IMG/VR virus record: IMGVR_UViG_3300035661_001697
Span: 2,537 to 66,536 of that record
Source: a virus
Strand: one strand, 5' to 3'
Length of the DNA stretch: 64,000 bases
Made by a program: the position numbers and the translations under genes. Shown in pieces: positions 9,550-19,794 of this stretch (position 1 is its first letter; each line of letters opens with the position of its first letter). The notes under the pieces are model-generated. The model was not told the DNA's origin and ran no database searches. It saw only the letters and a list, made by a program, of their open reading frames with translations.

Positions 9550-10821
9550 ATGAAAACTTTTCAAACCAACATTGATAAATTAGTTTCAAAAATTCTTAAT
9601 GAAGAAATTGATTCTAAATTTGAAGAAAAATTTAATAATAAAAGTGAAAATTTTGAAGAACTTATTGGTAATCAATCTAAAATTGACGTTGCTGACCCTA
9701 AAGGTAAAATTACTGCGGCTGATTTTAAAAAGTTAAGAAATTCAAAATATAATAAAAAAGAAGTTGAAGAGTATTTTGATAATGAAGATGACTTTGATTA
9801 TGAAGATGATAATGATGACTATGATGACTTTGATGATGAAGATGATACTAGAATTGATTATAGTATGGGTAAAACTGGAGATAACCAGATGCCAAAACCA
9901 CCAAAATATATAAAACTTGATATTGATAATGAATATGAAGACAACAATGAGGATGATTATGAAAATAATGATAGTGAATTTGATGAACTTGATTTAGATG
10001 ACGAAACGGATTGGACTCAATTAAAAGAAAGAAAATTGACAGGTAATGATAATATTTTGTCATTAGGAGAAAATGAATTAATTGACATGATTGAAAAAAT
10101 TGTACTTGAACAAAAAGTTAAAGATAGAGCAGAAACTTCAAATATTGCTAAAAAAGAAGCTGAAGGTCTTAAAAAAACTAATAAGGTTTTAGAGTTAGAC
10201 AAGAAAGAGAATGATGATTACGCAAAAGAAGTAGTTATAAAAATGAAAGATTATATGAAGGATATGTTTATGGGTGGTAAAGGATATGATGAAAATCCTG
10301 ACGATTTTCCTCAAAGTAATTACGACATGGAAAAAGACCACAATGAAATGAAGAAGTACAATCCATCAGACGCTGTTGACGAATATATTGAAGCTTTCTC
10401 ATACCCTGGTATGACAAACTTAGTATACGATGAAATTAAACCTGATGATGAAATGATTTCAAATCAAATTAAGGGTAATTCTAAAAATGGTAATGCGGTC
10501 ACAAGTAAAGATGGTAAAGCATTAGGGAATGTTTCTAAAAGAAGTGAAAAAACTGGAGATAGATTCAAGAAGAATTTTGACGAGAACTTATATGGTGCAG
10601 AACAAATGAATGTTTCTTATAATAGACAATCACAACCAGTTGATATTGCGGGGTCTAAAACACAAAAGGGTTCCCTTAAAAGTATTAAATCAAACTCAAC
10701 AGATAAAGCAGAAAACATATTAAATCAATTAGAATCTTCTGAAGTTAAAACAACAAAAATAATTAATGAGGATTTACAAAAAATGAAAGATTTAATTTCT
10801 TACAATAGAAAAACTCAATAA
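9550..10821 (+). CDS. acidic protein, putative prohead core/internal protein
   Basis: TATTTAT at 9529, ILNE leader, EF-hand-like DVADPKGKITAADFKKLR, D/E-rich tract, C-terminal INEDLQKMKDLISY. Confidence 0.55.
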   Translation: MKTFQTNIDKLVSKILNEEIDSKFEEKFNNKSENFEELIGNQSKIDVADPKGKITAADFKKLRNSKYNKKEVEEYFDNEDDFDYEDDNDDYDDFDDEDDTRIDYSMGKTGDNQMPKPPKYIKLDIDNEYEDNNEDDYENNDSEFDELDLDDETDWTQLKERKLTGNDNILSLGENELIDMIEKIVLEQKVKDRAETSNIAKKEAEGLKKTNKVLELDKKENDDYAKEVVIKMKDYMKDMFMGGKGYDENPDDFPQSNYDMEKDHNEMKKYNPSDAVDEYIEAFSYPGMTNLVYDEIKPDDEMISNQIKGNSKNGNAVTSKDGKALGNVSKRSEKTGDRFKKNFDENLYGAEQMNVSYNRQSQPVDIAGSKTQKGSLKSIKSNSTDKAENILNQLESSEVKTTKIINEDLQKMKDLISYNRKTQ

Positions 10822-10871
10822 AAATTCACATTTATTAAAATTGTGTTACATTCTCCATAGATTTATACTTT

Positions 10872-11330
10872 ATGGAGAATTTTTTTAATTGGATGGCAAA
10901 ACCTTTACCTAAAGATGAAATAATAATATGGCTCAATATTCATAACATGACTTATGAAAAGATTGAGTTATATGGTGATTTTTTTAAATCATTAAATCAA
11001 ACTATTATAGACACCTATTTAGGTGATAATACTTCAGAAACTAAAATATTATTATCACTTAACGACAATCTTTCTCATTTTGAATGGTGTTGGAATAAAA
11101 CAATCGAAAATTTTAAAAAAGAAAATATTATAATTAATTCTAATGGGGTACATAAGGATTATTTCAAATCTTTTTTTATGGATACTTTTTATAACCAAAA
11201 AGAAACTGATATTAAAAAATCAATCACAAAATTTTTAAAAGATATTTTTGATATTGGTATAACTTATTATAAATCTGATTTAGATTTACTTACAGAACTT
11301 TATAAATTAATTGAAAAAAACTCAGAATAA
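10872..11330 (+). CDS. hypothetical protein
   Basis: 152-aa ORF. Confidence 0.7.
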   Translation: MENFFNWMAKPLPKDEIIIWLNIHNMTYEKIELYGDFFKSLNQTIIDTYLGDNTSETKILLSLNDNLSHFEWCWNKTIENFKKENIIINSNGVHKDYFKSFFMDTFYNQKETDIKKSITKFLKDIFDIGITYYKSDLDLLTELYKLIEKNSE

Positions 11331-11403
11331 ATGTTGATTCTATTTACACCAAAATAGAAAACCTTATTATTTTGATTATAAATAAACTATTATACATTAA
11401 AAA

Positions 11404-11586
11404 ATGGAAACATTAGAACAAATTAAAGTATTGGCTGAGTTATTATCGGTTGATACAACAAAATTTTTTGGAGGAAATAAAAGCGCTGGTACCAGAGCAA
11501 GAAAATCCGCACAAGAGTTAAAAGCTTTGACTCAAAAGTTAAGAGTCGAAATTTTAGAACATAATAAGTTAGATAAGAATGCATAA
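11404..11586 (+). CDS. histone H1-like (Hc1 family) nucleoid protein
   Basis: GNKSAGTRARKSAQELK matches the Bacteroidota Hc1 GNKAAGTRARK motif. Confidence 0.8.
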   Translation: METLEQIKVLAELLSVDTTKFFGGNKSAGTRARKSAQELKALTQKLRVEILEHNKLDKNA

Positions 11587-11767
11587 TATTAATACAATAT
11601 ATTTTTTTATATTTGTTTTTACAATATTAGTGACATTATCTAATGTCTTAAAATTTTTAAGAGCCCTGTTACAAAAAGAACCAAAACCATTAGTTCTTAG
11701 TAACAGGGAACTCTTACTCTTAGGAGTATCAATTAGTTATTTTATAACATATATCATACAAAAATGA
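11579..11767 (+). CDS. small two-TM membrane protein
   Basis: Two hydrophobic segments. Confidence 0.6.
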   Translation: MHNINTIYFFIFVFTILVTLSNVLKFLRALLQKEPKPLVLSNRELLLLGVSISYFITYIIQK

Positions 11768-12213
11768 GTTTTTATAAAGAAATAGAGCCATTCGTTGAAT
11801 ACATTCATTCAATTAGAAAATTAGAAACATATCTAAGTTTTGATATGAAATTTCAAAAAAAGTGGTCAATACCAAAAAATATTATTGACGAAGGAAAAGT
11901 TATTGGATTTGAGGTTGAGGACCAAAATATGAAAGGAGTTACTTTTGTTTGTGAAATAAATGAAAAAGAGGTTTCATTAATCATGGTTAAAATTGGTAAG
12001 ATTATTAACTTGAATAAAGAAAGAGAATTAAAAGAAAAATTATTTAAACAAACTGTTGAACAGTTAAAACAAACTTTTGAAAAAACTGATTTGGATAAAT
12101 TACAAAATCTTTATTTTGATTTTGATATGGAGGAAATTTCTAGTGAGTTAGAAAGTGAAATAAATTTAGATGATGAATACGGAGAAGAGTCAAAAGTTAC
12201 TGAATTGGTTTAA
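11764..12213 (+). CDS. hypothetical protein
   Basis: 149-aa ORF, ATGA coupling. Confidence 0.65.
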   Translation: MSFYKEIEPFVEYIHSIRKLETYLSFDMKFQKKWSIPKNIIDEGKVIGFEVEDQNMKGVTFVCEINEKEVSLIMVKIGKIINLNKERELKEKLFKQTVEQLKQTFEKTDLDKLQNLYFDFDMEEISSELESEINLDDEYGEESKVTELV

Positions 12214-12361
12214 TGGTGAAAAATTAAAAGACCAAAACGAACTTAAAAATAGTAAAGACAAGTTGATTACAGAAATTAAAAAACTTGATAAGGAAAGTTT
12301 ATTTCCCAAACCTAAAAAAATAAGTATATGGAAGAAAATCAAGATAGTTCTATTAGGATAA
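12170..12361 (+). CDS. hypothetical protein
   Basis: Short overlapping ORF. Confidence 0.5.
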   Translation: MMNTEKSQKLLNWFNGEKLKDQNELKNSKDKLITEIKKLDKESLFPKPKKISIWKKIKIVLLG

Positions 12362-12561
12362 TCGAGAAACTAGCATTGATTGCCGAATCGGTTCAAACTT
12401 TATTTAGCGGAAAAGGCACAATTATATTTGAATTACCTAAAGGAGAATATAACAGCGTAATTAATCATTTTAGAGAAGTTGATAGACAACACAAACAATT
12501 TACAATAGACATATCAGGGACGGATTTCCATTTTATTTTAGACGAGAAGGATAAGTTGTAA
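12328..12561 (+). CDS. hypothetical protein
   Basis: 77-aa ORF. Confidence 0.55.
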   Translation: MEENQDSSIRIIEKLALIAESVQTLFSGKGTIIFELPKGEYNSVINHFREVDRQHKQFTIDISGTDFHFILDEKDKL

Positions 12562-13180
12562 ACTTTCTATAAAGTATTTTTTTATCAAATCCATTAGATT
12601 CCAATAAACTATACAAATATTTTCTTTGAGGTGATGAATAGTCTTTAATGAAAAGACAATCGCTACGGTTTATTTTAAAAAAATATAAAGACAGACAATC
12701 TATAAATCTGGAAGACTCCTTTTCATTTTTTAAAGAAAATAATTTAATATCTTCATCTTTTTGTAGTACAATTTTATTGTTCAAAACTGATATCATTTTT
12801 AACCCATCACTCTTAAGATAAGTTTTAATTAAATCTTTTGTTGTTATTTTTTTCTTCTTTTGAATATCAAAAATCAATTCTTCTTCACGATAAGGTTTTA
12901 TTTTTAAAATTGACATACCACTATCTTCTAACTTAACTCTAACATTTCTACCATACTCATCCGTAATGTAAACTGGTGATGATTGATTGGTGGATAACTC
13001 AACTAAACTTAACTCTAATTTACAATCTTTTGTGTTTTTAACAAGAACATTAAATATTACCTCATCTGATTCACTGATTAACGTATTAAAAAACGATTCT
13101 GCACGAGATAAAGTGATAAACTTCTTTATTATTCGTTTTCTTTTTTTATTTTTGAACAAGACTACTAAATAGTTTTCCAT
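12533..13180 (-). CDS. hypothetical protein
   Basis: 215-aa ORF, head-to-head with dnaJ (2 nt apart). Confidence 0.7.
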   Translation of the reverse strand: MENYLVVLFKNKKRKRIIKKFITLSRAESFFNTLISESDEVIFNVLVKNTKDCKLELSLVELSTNQSSPVYITDEYGRNVRVKLEDSGMSILKIKPYREEELIFDIQKKKKITTKDLIKTYLKSDGLKMISVLNNKIVLQKDEDIKLFSLKNEKESSRFIDCLSLYFFKINRSDCLFIKDYSSPQRKYLYSLLESNGFDKKILYRKFTTYPSRLK

Positions 13181-13182
13181 AT

Positions 13183-14106
13183 ATGAATAATTATTACGAA
13201 ACTTTAGGCGTAAGTAAAGATGCCACTCAAGATGAAATCAAAAAAGCCTACAGGAAATTAAGCAAACAGTACCATCCTGATGTAAATCCTAATGAAGGAG
13301 AGAAGTTTAAAGAAATTTCAGTGGCATATGACATTGTTGGAAATGAAACTAAAAGGGCTCAATATAATAATAAATTAAATAACCCATTCAATGGTAGTAA
13401 TCCAACATCATATGAGGATTTGTTTAATCAAATGTTTGCTTCCCAAAGAAATGGACAAAGACAAAAAACTGCTCCTGATAAAATAATAAAAGTTCAAGTT
13501 ACTCCAATCGAATCGTTTAATGGTGTTGATAAGACGATTCATTATATGAGAGACAATCACTGCAATATTTGTTCTGGTGCTGGAGGAGAACAACAATCCT
13601 GTGGAACTTGTGGGGGTTCTGGGTTCCAAATTAAAACATTTGGTACTGGATTCATGGTTCAACAGATTAGAACCGCTTGTGAGACTTGTGCGGGTAAAGG
13701 ATATAATTTAACACACAGATGTTATCATTGTGACGGTAAAGGGGTCAAATCACAAACTCATGAAGTTAGCGTTAAATTACCAATTGGTGTTGATAATGGT
13801 CAATATCTTAAGGTTGGTAATTTAGGTGACTTTAAAAATGGGTCTTATGGAGATTTAGTAATTCAAATTGAGTTAGTTAATCAAGATGGATATGAAAAAA
13901 TAAATAATGATTTAATTTATAATTTATTTTTAAATTTAGAAGAAATACAAAAAGATAGGTTTACTGTTCCACATCCTAATGGTGAATTAGTTTTAAATGC
14001 CCTACCAATATTTGACACATTTAAACCTTTAAGATTAAAAGGGAAGGGTTATTTAGGTGGTGATATGTATGTTAAACTAAATGTTAGGTTTAATAGACAT
14101 GTTTAA
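13183..14106 (+). CDS. dnaJ: DnaJ-family co-chaperone
   Basis: J domain with HPD, four CxxCxGxG repeats, C-terminal GDL/GDM motifs. Confidence 0.92.
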   Translation: MNNYYETLGVSKDATQDEIKKAYRKLSKQYHPDVNPNEGEKFKEISVAYDIVGNETKRAQYNNKLNNPFNGSNPTSYEDLFNQMFASQRNGQRQKTAPDKIIKVQVTPIESFNGVDKTIHYMRDNHCNICSGAGGEQQSCGTCGGSGFQIKTFGTGFMVQQIRTACETCAGKGYNLTHRCYHCDGKGVKSQTHEVSVKLPIGVDNGQYLKVGNLGDFKNGSYGDLVIQIELVNQDGYEKINNDLIYNLFLNLEEIQKDRFTVPHPNGELVLNALPIFDTFKPLRLKGKGYLGGDMYVKLNVRFNRHV

Positions 14107-14311
14107 AATATGATATTATATCTTTAATAAGTTCGACTGTTCCATATATTGCGGAGATTAATATATATAAGCCTAAAATTACTGAACCTTTTTGAAAATT
14201 AGTTAATCCTGATTGTTTACATGTTTTACATTCTTTTTTTGGTTGTTCGGGGGTTTTTGGTCCATTAATAATGTCCTTTTCTTCGATAATTTGTCCTTCA
14301 ACTGTTTTCAT
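14090..14311 (-). CDS. small membrane protein with CxxC
   Basis: CKTCK plus a TM helix; TATTTAT on minus strand at 14327-14333. Confidence 0.55.
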   Translation of the reverse strand: MKTVEGQIIEEKDIINGPKTPEQPKKECKTCKQSGLTNFQKGSVILGLYILISAIYGTVELIKDIISYFKHVY

Positions 14312-14393
14312 AGTATTAAATTTAAAATAAATATAGTAAAAATTATGTAATTGTAAAACTGTTTTTATACAACCTTATACTATATTTATAAGT

Positions 14394-14558
14394 ATGTTAA
14401 GTGAACAAATTCGTAGAATTCTTTATATGTACCTTGATGAAAAGGAACAAAAAAAACCTCGTAAATATAGTAAGTCATATTGTGAATCTACTTCATGTAA
14501 AGATATGGGGTTCACTCAGAAGGCATCTTGCCGACCTTACAAAAATTGTTACAAATAA
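14394..14558 (+). CDS. small Cys-rich protein (54 aa) with leader-like N-terminus
   Basis: MLSEQIRRIL...YCESTSCKDMGFTQKASCRPYKNCYK; TATTTAT at 14383; missing from the ORF track. Confidence 0.65.
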   Translation: MLSEQIRRILYMYLDEKEQKKPRKYSKSYCESTSCKDMGFTQKASCRPYKNCYK

Positions 14559-14604
14559 TTTTCTTTTTGATATTTTTTTCCTATAATTATTTAAAAGGAA
14601 AATT

Positions 14605-15444
14605 ATGCTATCATACATTGGAGGTAAAAGTAAAATTGGAAAGTGGATTGTCCCTTTCTATGATAAAGATATGGAGACTTATGTTGAGGCTTTTAGCGGA
14701 ATGTTTTGGTGTTTCTTTAACATGGACTTAAAACAATTTCCCAACCTAAAGAAAGTTGTTTACAACGACTTTAATCCGTTAAATTATAACCTATTTAAGT
14801 GTATTCAAAACCCAACGGAGTTATTGAAGGTAATCAACTCAATTGATTGTCAACAATTTGGTGAAGAAATCACACCACCATTATATAAAGAACAATTTAT
14901 CAGGTTCCAAGCTGAAATATTTGCTGAAGGTTTCAGCGTAGAACCTGGCGATTACGAAGTTGCTGCAAAATACGTTTATGTTTTAACCCAAGTGTTCAGT
15001 GGGTCAAAACCTGAAACAAGTTCATTTATTGACCTTAAAGGTAAGTACAAATCAAAATATTTAACATTTAGAGACAAACTATCAAAACCGGATTGGATAG
15101 AACATTTCTTAAAGATAACTCACGTTGAGAATATGGATTTTGCTGACGTACTTGCAAAGTATGACTCACCAACAACATACATCTATTTGGACCCACCTTA
15201 CTGGAAAACGGAAAATTATTACAATAACCATGACTTTGACAGAGAAGACCATGAAAGACTTGCAAATGTTTTACATGGTATTCAAGGTAAATTCAGTTTA
15301 TCTTATTACGATTTTGAGTTATTACATGAATGGTTTCCTGAAACACAATACAGATGGGAAAAAAAATTATTTGCAAAAGCTGCCGCGGCTAAAAAAGGTA
15401 AGACCCAAAACATGGGGGAAGAACTTTTAATTATGAATTATTAA
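14605..15444 (+). CDS. DNA adenine methyltransferase (Dam/D12 class)
   Basis: YIGGKS, YVEAFSG, YNDFN, YLDPPY. Confidence 0.92.
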   Translation: MLSYIGGKSKIGKWIVPFYDKDMETYVEAFSGMFWCFFNMDLKQFPNLKKVVYNDFNPLNYNLFKCIQNPTELLKVINSIDCQQFGEEITPPLYKEQFIRFQAEIFAEGFSVEPGDYEVAAKYVYVLTQVFSGSKPETSSFIDLKGKYKSKYLTFRDKLSKPDWIEHFLKITHVENMDFADVLAKYDSPTTYIYLDPPYWKTENYYNNHDFDREDHERLANVLHGIQGKFSLSYYDFELLHEWFPETQYRWEKKLFAKAAAAKKGKTQNMGEELLIMNY

Positions 15445-15489
15445 AATATTTAATACATATAATATATTTATAGTAATAAAATAACATAA

Positions 15490-16809
15490 ATGAAATTTAC
15501 TTCGATATTAAAAAAAGTCATTTTAGAAGATTCAAGATTTGAGTTATTATCTGATGCACTTACTAAACCATTTAAAAATAAAGATGGTAAACCCGTAAAG
15601 GCTCAACTAACTAAAAACGAGTTTAATGCATTAGTTGCCGCTGACCCAACAACAAGGTTAAATGATGTAGACTTAAACAATGCCAAACCAAACGATTTAA
15701 GTAAGGTTAAAGCCGGTAAATATGTCCAATGGTTAATTAAACAATATCTAAAAGTACCTACAGAAATTCAACCTGGTGAAAATGGTTATGACCGTGAATT
15801 AGCACAAGTAAAAGGTACATTTATTGAAGATTTATATAAAGTTAAAGAAGACCTTCTTAAATACGAAAAGTTTAAAGGAAGACTTAGTCAAGACATGAGG
15901 GATATTAATAAATTAACTACCGACTCATTATATGATGCAGTTAAAGATTTTGATTTAACTTTAGCGACAACCACAAAATCAGAAAGAAAAACTTCGTCTG
16001 TTCACCCTGGAGCAAAATTAGCATTTGATGGTCCAACGTGGAAAGTAATTGAAATTGAAAACAAAGGGGCTATTGGAAAAGAAGCCGCTTGTTTTTACGG
16101 TGGTAATAACAAAGAGACAAGATGGTGTACATCAACACCTGGCACTGACCAATGGTTCAATAGATATATTAAAGATGGTTCTTTATACGTTGTTTACAAA
16201 CAAAACGATACTGATGTTTCACCTGAAACAGGATTACCAAAAGAAAGATACCAGTTTCACTTTCAGTCAAATCAATTTATGGATAAGGATGACCGTCAAC
16301 AAGATTTGGTTAAATTATTGAACGGACCAATGAGTGAGTTAAAAGATTTTTTCAAACCTGAATTTGCTAAAGGTTTAACAGTAAATGGTGAAAAATTAGT
16401 TATTGATAGTTTTAGTACTGGAGTGATTGGAAAATTTATTGGATTATATGGGTTAGAAGATTTAATTGGTAGTTTACCTGACACATTAAAAGAGTTCCAA
16501 ATTCAAAATAAAGATAAAAATAATGTGACTATCCAAATTCCTAATGAAATTGGAAGATTTAAAGATTTGACAATGATATTATTTGATAATTGTATTGAAA
16601 ATGTTCCTGAATCAATTTGTGATTTACCTAAATTAAGGTTTTTAGCGTTACTTAACAACGAAAAACTAACACAAATTCCTGAATGTATTGTAAATTTACC
16701 TAGTTTATATTTTTTAAATCTTAAGGGTAGTACAAACGTACAAGTACCTGAAGTAATAAAAAATAGAGGAACTGATATGGGTGGAGGAATGTGGGACCTT
16801 CAAGATTAA
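15490..16809 (+). CDS. WCT-motif domain protein with C-terminal leucine-rich repeats
   Basis: ACFYG..ETRWCTS, YQFHF..QFMD..D, then LRRs (IPNEIGRFKDL, VPESICDLPKL, IPECIVNLPSL). Confidence 0.7.
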   Translation: MKFTSILKKVILEDSRFELLSDALTKPFKNKDGKPVKAQLTKNEFNALVAADPTTRLNDVDLNNAKPNDLSKVKAGKYVQWLIKQYLKVPTEIQPGENGYDRELAQVKGTFIEDLYKVKEDLLKYEKFKGRLSQDMRDINKLTTDSLYDAVKDFDLTLATTTKSERKTSSVHPGAKLAFDGPTWKVIEIENKGAIGKEAACFYGGNNKETRWCTSTPGTDQWFNRYIKDGSLYVVYKQNDTDVSPETGLPKERYQFHFQSNQFMDKDDRQQDLVKLLNGPMSELKDFFKPEFAKGLTVNGEKLVIDSFSTGVIGKFIGLYGLEDLIGSLPDTLKEFQIQNKDKNNVTIQIPNEIGRFKDLTMILFDNCIENVPESICDLPKLRFLALLNNEKLTQIPECIVNLPSLYFLNLKGSTNVQVPEVIKNRGTDMGGGMWDLQD

Positions 16810-16834
16810 TTATTGTACCTTTAAACCTTATATA

Positions 16835-17122
16835 ATGAATGTTGATGTTGAAATATACTTAAATGGTGTTATTAAATTTTTTAAAAGTAACCCCAAAGAC
16901 CTTTTTACTCTAATTCCTGAAGGAAAAGAACTTGATTTTTATGATAAAATTAGGGAGGTATCACTCATTAATCTTGATAAAGGTGATGATGTATCTTTAA
17001 CTCAAAAACAAATTCTTGAAATCTGTTTAATATTAAACGGTAAAGACCCAAATACACCTAAAATTAAACCCGCCGATAATTATATTTTTGAAACAAAATT
17101 TGGGACAATTTTTTTAAATTAA
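16835..17122 (+). CDS. hypothetical protein
   Basis: ORF, probable start MNVDVEIY. Confidence 0.6.
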   Translation: MNVDVEIYLNGVIKFFKSNPKDLFTLIPEGKELDFYDKIREVSLINLDKGDDVSLTQKQILEICLILNGKDPNTPKIKPADNYIFETKFGTIFLN

Positions 17123-17157
17123 TTAGTATAAATAACTTTACCATTTTTTTTATATTA

Positions 17158-17188
17158 TTTGATTATTACAAGCAATTTATTATCTTTG
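17158..17188 (+). promoter_or_regulatory. Bacteroidota sigma-A type promoter
   Basis: TTTG (17158) N19 TATCTTTG (17181), 4 nt before the ATG. Confidence 0.6.
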
Positions 17189-17192
17189 TAAT

Positions 17193-18869
17193 ATGAGAGA
17201 GGTGTTATTTAAAAAAGAGTTTGTGAAGTATGAAACTATTGAACACGAACTATTCAGTCCATATAAGGTAGAACAAACTGATACTGTATCCTCCATTTTT
17301 GGTAGTGATAATTTTATTTTATCTCCACCAACAAAAAAACATCCATTATTTATAAAAAAACAAATTTATGTAACAGAAGAAGAATTTGTCGATAAATTTG
17401 CTAATCAAATGTATTCAGTTAAAAGAGACAATACTACTATAGTTGTTGAGAAGTATGACGACAAGGTTGCTATTAAATTTTTTACAAGTCATAAAAGTAG
17501 AAGACCTGGAGTTGTATGGTTTAAGACTGTAAAAAATGTTGAGTTTATTAGTGTAAACTTAAAAACTGGTGATGTCTATAATGGGTCCATTCTTGGGTAT
17601 AATTTAAAAAAAAATGCAATCAAGTTTATTAGAAGAAATATGTTTTGTAGTAGTCCTTTGAGTTCATTGGTTGCAAAAATTAAAAATAACATTGACATCA
17701 TTTCAAATAATAAATTAGACTCCAATTTTATTCAGGAAATGTTAAAAATATTTACTGAAACAATCGACAACTTTAATAGTTTTGATAATTTAACGTCTAG
17801 CCAAAAGTTATTTAAATTTTATTTAAATAAACGTGGAGTAAAGTTTCCAAATAATTTTTACGTTTATAAAGGTTATTGGGTTGGTAAAGAAATTAAAAAA
17901 TCCGTTAAAAAGAATGATAATCGAATGGTTGATGCGTTTATGAGTTTACATCAGTTATATGGTAAACAAATTAAGAAAGCGTTACACAACTGTGAAAATT
18001 TAAACATTGACATACTTAAATGGGCTTATGATACTTTTGATTCTGAATGGGTTAATCAAGACTATAAATTAATCTTGGGATGTTTAAATTTTAATACTTC
18101 ATCTTATCCTCCACTAAATGAAAACTTTAATCAACATATTACAACCCAAGAATTAAGACGAGTTTTTAATTTATTCAAACAAGTTATTATTGATGGTACA
18201 TTGGACTATTATACATTCTTTGACCACATAAGATTTTATTGTGATTTAAAATTGTATGAACCAAATATTAAATGGATTTCATCTGACGATAATAAAAATA
18301 AATTCAGAGAGGAACACTTGGATTGGGCAGATAAAATACAATCATACAAGGAAGGTACTTACTATCGAGAGTACCCAAAATATAGTTATGAATTTATATC
18401 TGAACCAATTGAAGATAATGAAGATATTTATTATCCACAGTTATTAGATAATAGTGCGAATTATAATGAAGAAAGTTATGTTCAATCTAATTGTGTTAAA
18501 ACTTATGTTAATTATTGTGACTCAATTATTATTTCTTTACGTAGGGGTGGTGATAATTCAAATGATAGGGCGACCATCCAATATAAATTAACTAAAAATT
18601 TAACAAATAAAAGTATTTCTATTAATAGAGTTCAAACATTAGGTAGATTTAATAAACAATTATCGGAAAAATGGAATAATGTTTTATTTAAATTAGACCA
18701 ACGTATGTTATATTATATACAGAATGAAAAATTTGATACAGTTAAACTTAAAACAGTTTATAAATCCGGATTAGAACTTGAATCTAATTCCATTTGGGAA
18801 AATAATGGTTATTTGACATGGGAAAACTTAATAAATAAAAAATGCGAATCAAACCTGAATTTATTTTAA
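17193..18869 (+). CDS. PcfJ-like domain protein
   Basis: C-terminal EESYVQSNCVKTY...IISLR...RATI...QTLGRFN. Confidence 0.7.
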   Translation: MREVLFKKEFVKYETIEHELFSPYKVEQTDTVSSIFGSDNFILSPPTKKHPLFIKKQIYVTEEEFVDKFANQMYSVKRDNTTIVVEKYDDKVAIKFFTSHKSRRPGVVWFKTVKNVEFISVNLKTGDVYNGSILGYNLKKNAIKFIRRNMFCSSPLSSLVAKIKNNIDIISNNKLDSNFIQEMLKIFTETIDNFNSFDNLTSSQKLFKFYLNKRGVKFPNNFYVYKGYWVGKEIKKSVKKNDNRMVDAFMSLHQLYGKQIKKALHNCENLNIDILKWAYDTFDSEWVNQDYKLILGCLNFNTSSYPPLNENFNQHITTQELRRVFNLFKQVIIDGTLDYYTFFDHIRFYCDLKLYEPNIKWISSDDNKNKFREEHLDWADKIQSYKEGTYYREYPKYSYEFISEPIEDNEDIYYPQLLDNSANYNEESYVQSNCVKTYVNYCDSIIISLRRGGDNSNDRATIQYKLTKNLTNKSISINRVQTLGRFNKQLSEKWNNVLFKLDQRMLYYIQNEKFDTVKLKTVYKSGLELESNSIWENNGYLTWENLINKKCESNLNLF

Positions 18870-19165
18870 AATTTGAAAAAGATGGTATTTTTTCTACTAT
18901 GGAGATTGTTGTGCCAAAAAAATTTGATAATTTTTTAAAACAAAGTTCATTATTATTAGTTTTTAGTGAAACTTATTTAGATTTTGATAATGGGGAAATA
19001 TGTTATAAATCTAAAATTTATTCTAGTAAACAACCTTTTTATTTATATTTATTAATGAATAAAGATAATGATACCTTAGTCATATATTTTAAACAGGAAC
19101 AATTAAACGAGTTAACTATGTTCATTCAACAATTGTTAAAAACATTTAAAAAAAAAATAGATTAA
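18842..19165 (+). CDS. hypothetical protein
   Basis: 107-aa ORF. Confidence 0.6.
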   Translation: MRIKPEFILKFEKDGIFSTMEIVVPKKFDNFLKQSSLLLVFSETYLDFDNGEICYKSKIYSSKQPFYLYLLMNKDNDTLVIYFKQEQLNELTMFIQQLLKTFKKKID

Positions 19166-19175
19166 AATAAAACTT

Positions 19176-19493
19176 ATGGAAATTACAAGTGTAGAATTAG
19201 AACAAAAAATTAAGAATGGTGAAAAAGTATTGGTTGATTTTTTTACAAATTGGTGTGCACCTTGTAAAGTTATGAAACCTATGTTTGAAGAAGCTTCAAA
19301 AAAACTTATAGATGAAAATTCTGATATTAAACTCTACACTATGAATATAGAGAAAAATACTGATTACGCTATTGATGTACTGAAAATTAAAAATGTCCCA
19401 ACTATTAAAGGATTTTTTGGAGGTAAGGAAGTTTACCACAGTACGGGAATACTTAAAACAGAGCAAATAATTCAAGTTGCAAAAAAATTATAA
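19176..19493 (+). CDS. trxA: thioredoxin
   Basis: VDFFTNWCAPCK, VPT. Confidence 0.9.
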   Translation: MEITSVELEQKIKNGEKVLVDFFTNWCAPCKVMKPMFEEASKKLIDENSDIKLYTMNIEKNTDYAIDVLKIKNVPTIKGFFGGKEVYHSTGILKTEQIIQVAKKL

Positions 19494-19494
19494 T

Positions 19495-19794
19495 ATGGAA
19501 AGTTTAAGTATTGTTGTTTATACTATGAAGGGATGTCCTTTTTGTACTGACTTTAAAGAAATATTAACTAATGAGGGAATTGAATTTTTTGACCGAGATA
19601 TTGAAGAGTATAAGGATGAATATGATATTTTTGTTGAGGTAACAGAAAATGATATGATACCGGCAATGTTAATTATTGAGGGAGATAATAAAAAACATAA
19701 ATCTTTTTTATATGCGCCAGAAAGAAATTATAACGAATTAACTGAGGCGGTCACCATCATACAAGGACACCAAAAAAAACTTGGTTTAATTTAA
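19495..19794 (+). CDS. glutaredoxin-like protein
   Basis: VYTMKGCPFC, MIPA. Confidence 0.85.
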   Translation: MESLSIVVYTMKGCPFCTDFKEILTNEGIEFFDRDIEEYKDEYDIFVEVTENDMIPAMLIIEGDNKKHKSFLYAPERNYNELTEAVTIIQGHQKKLGLI

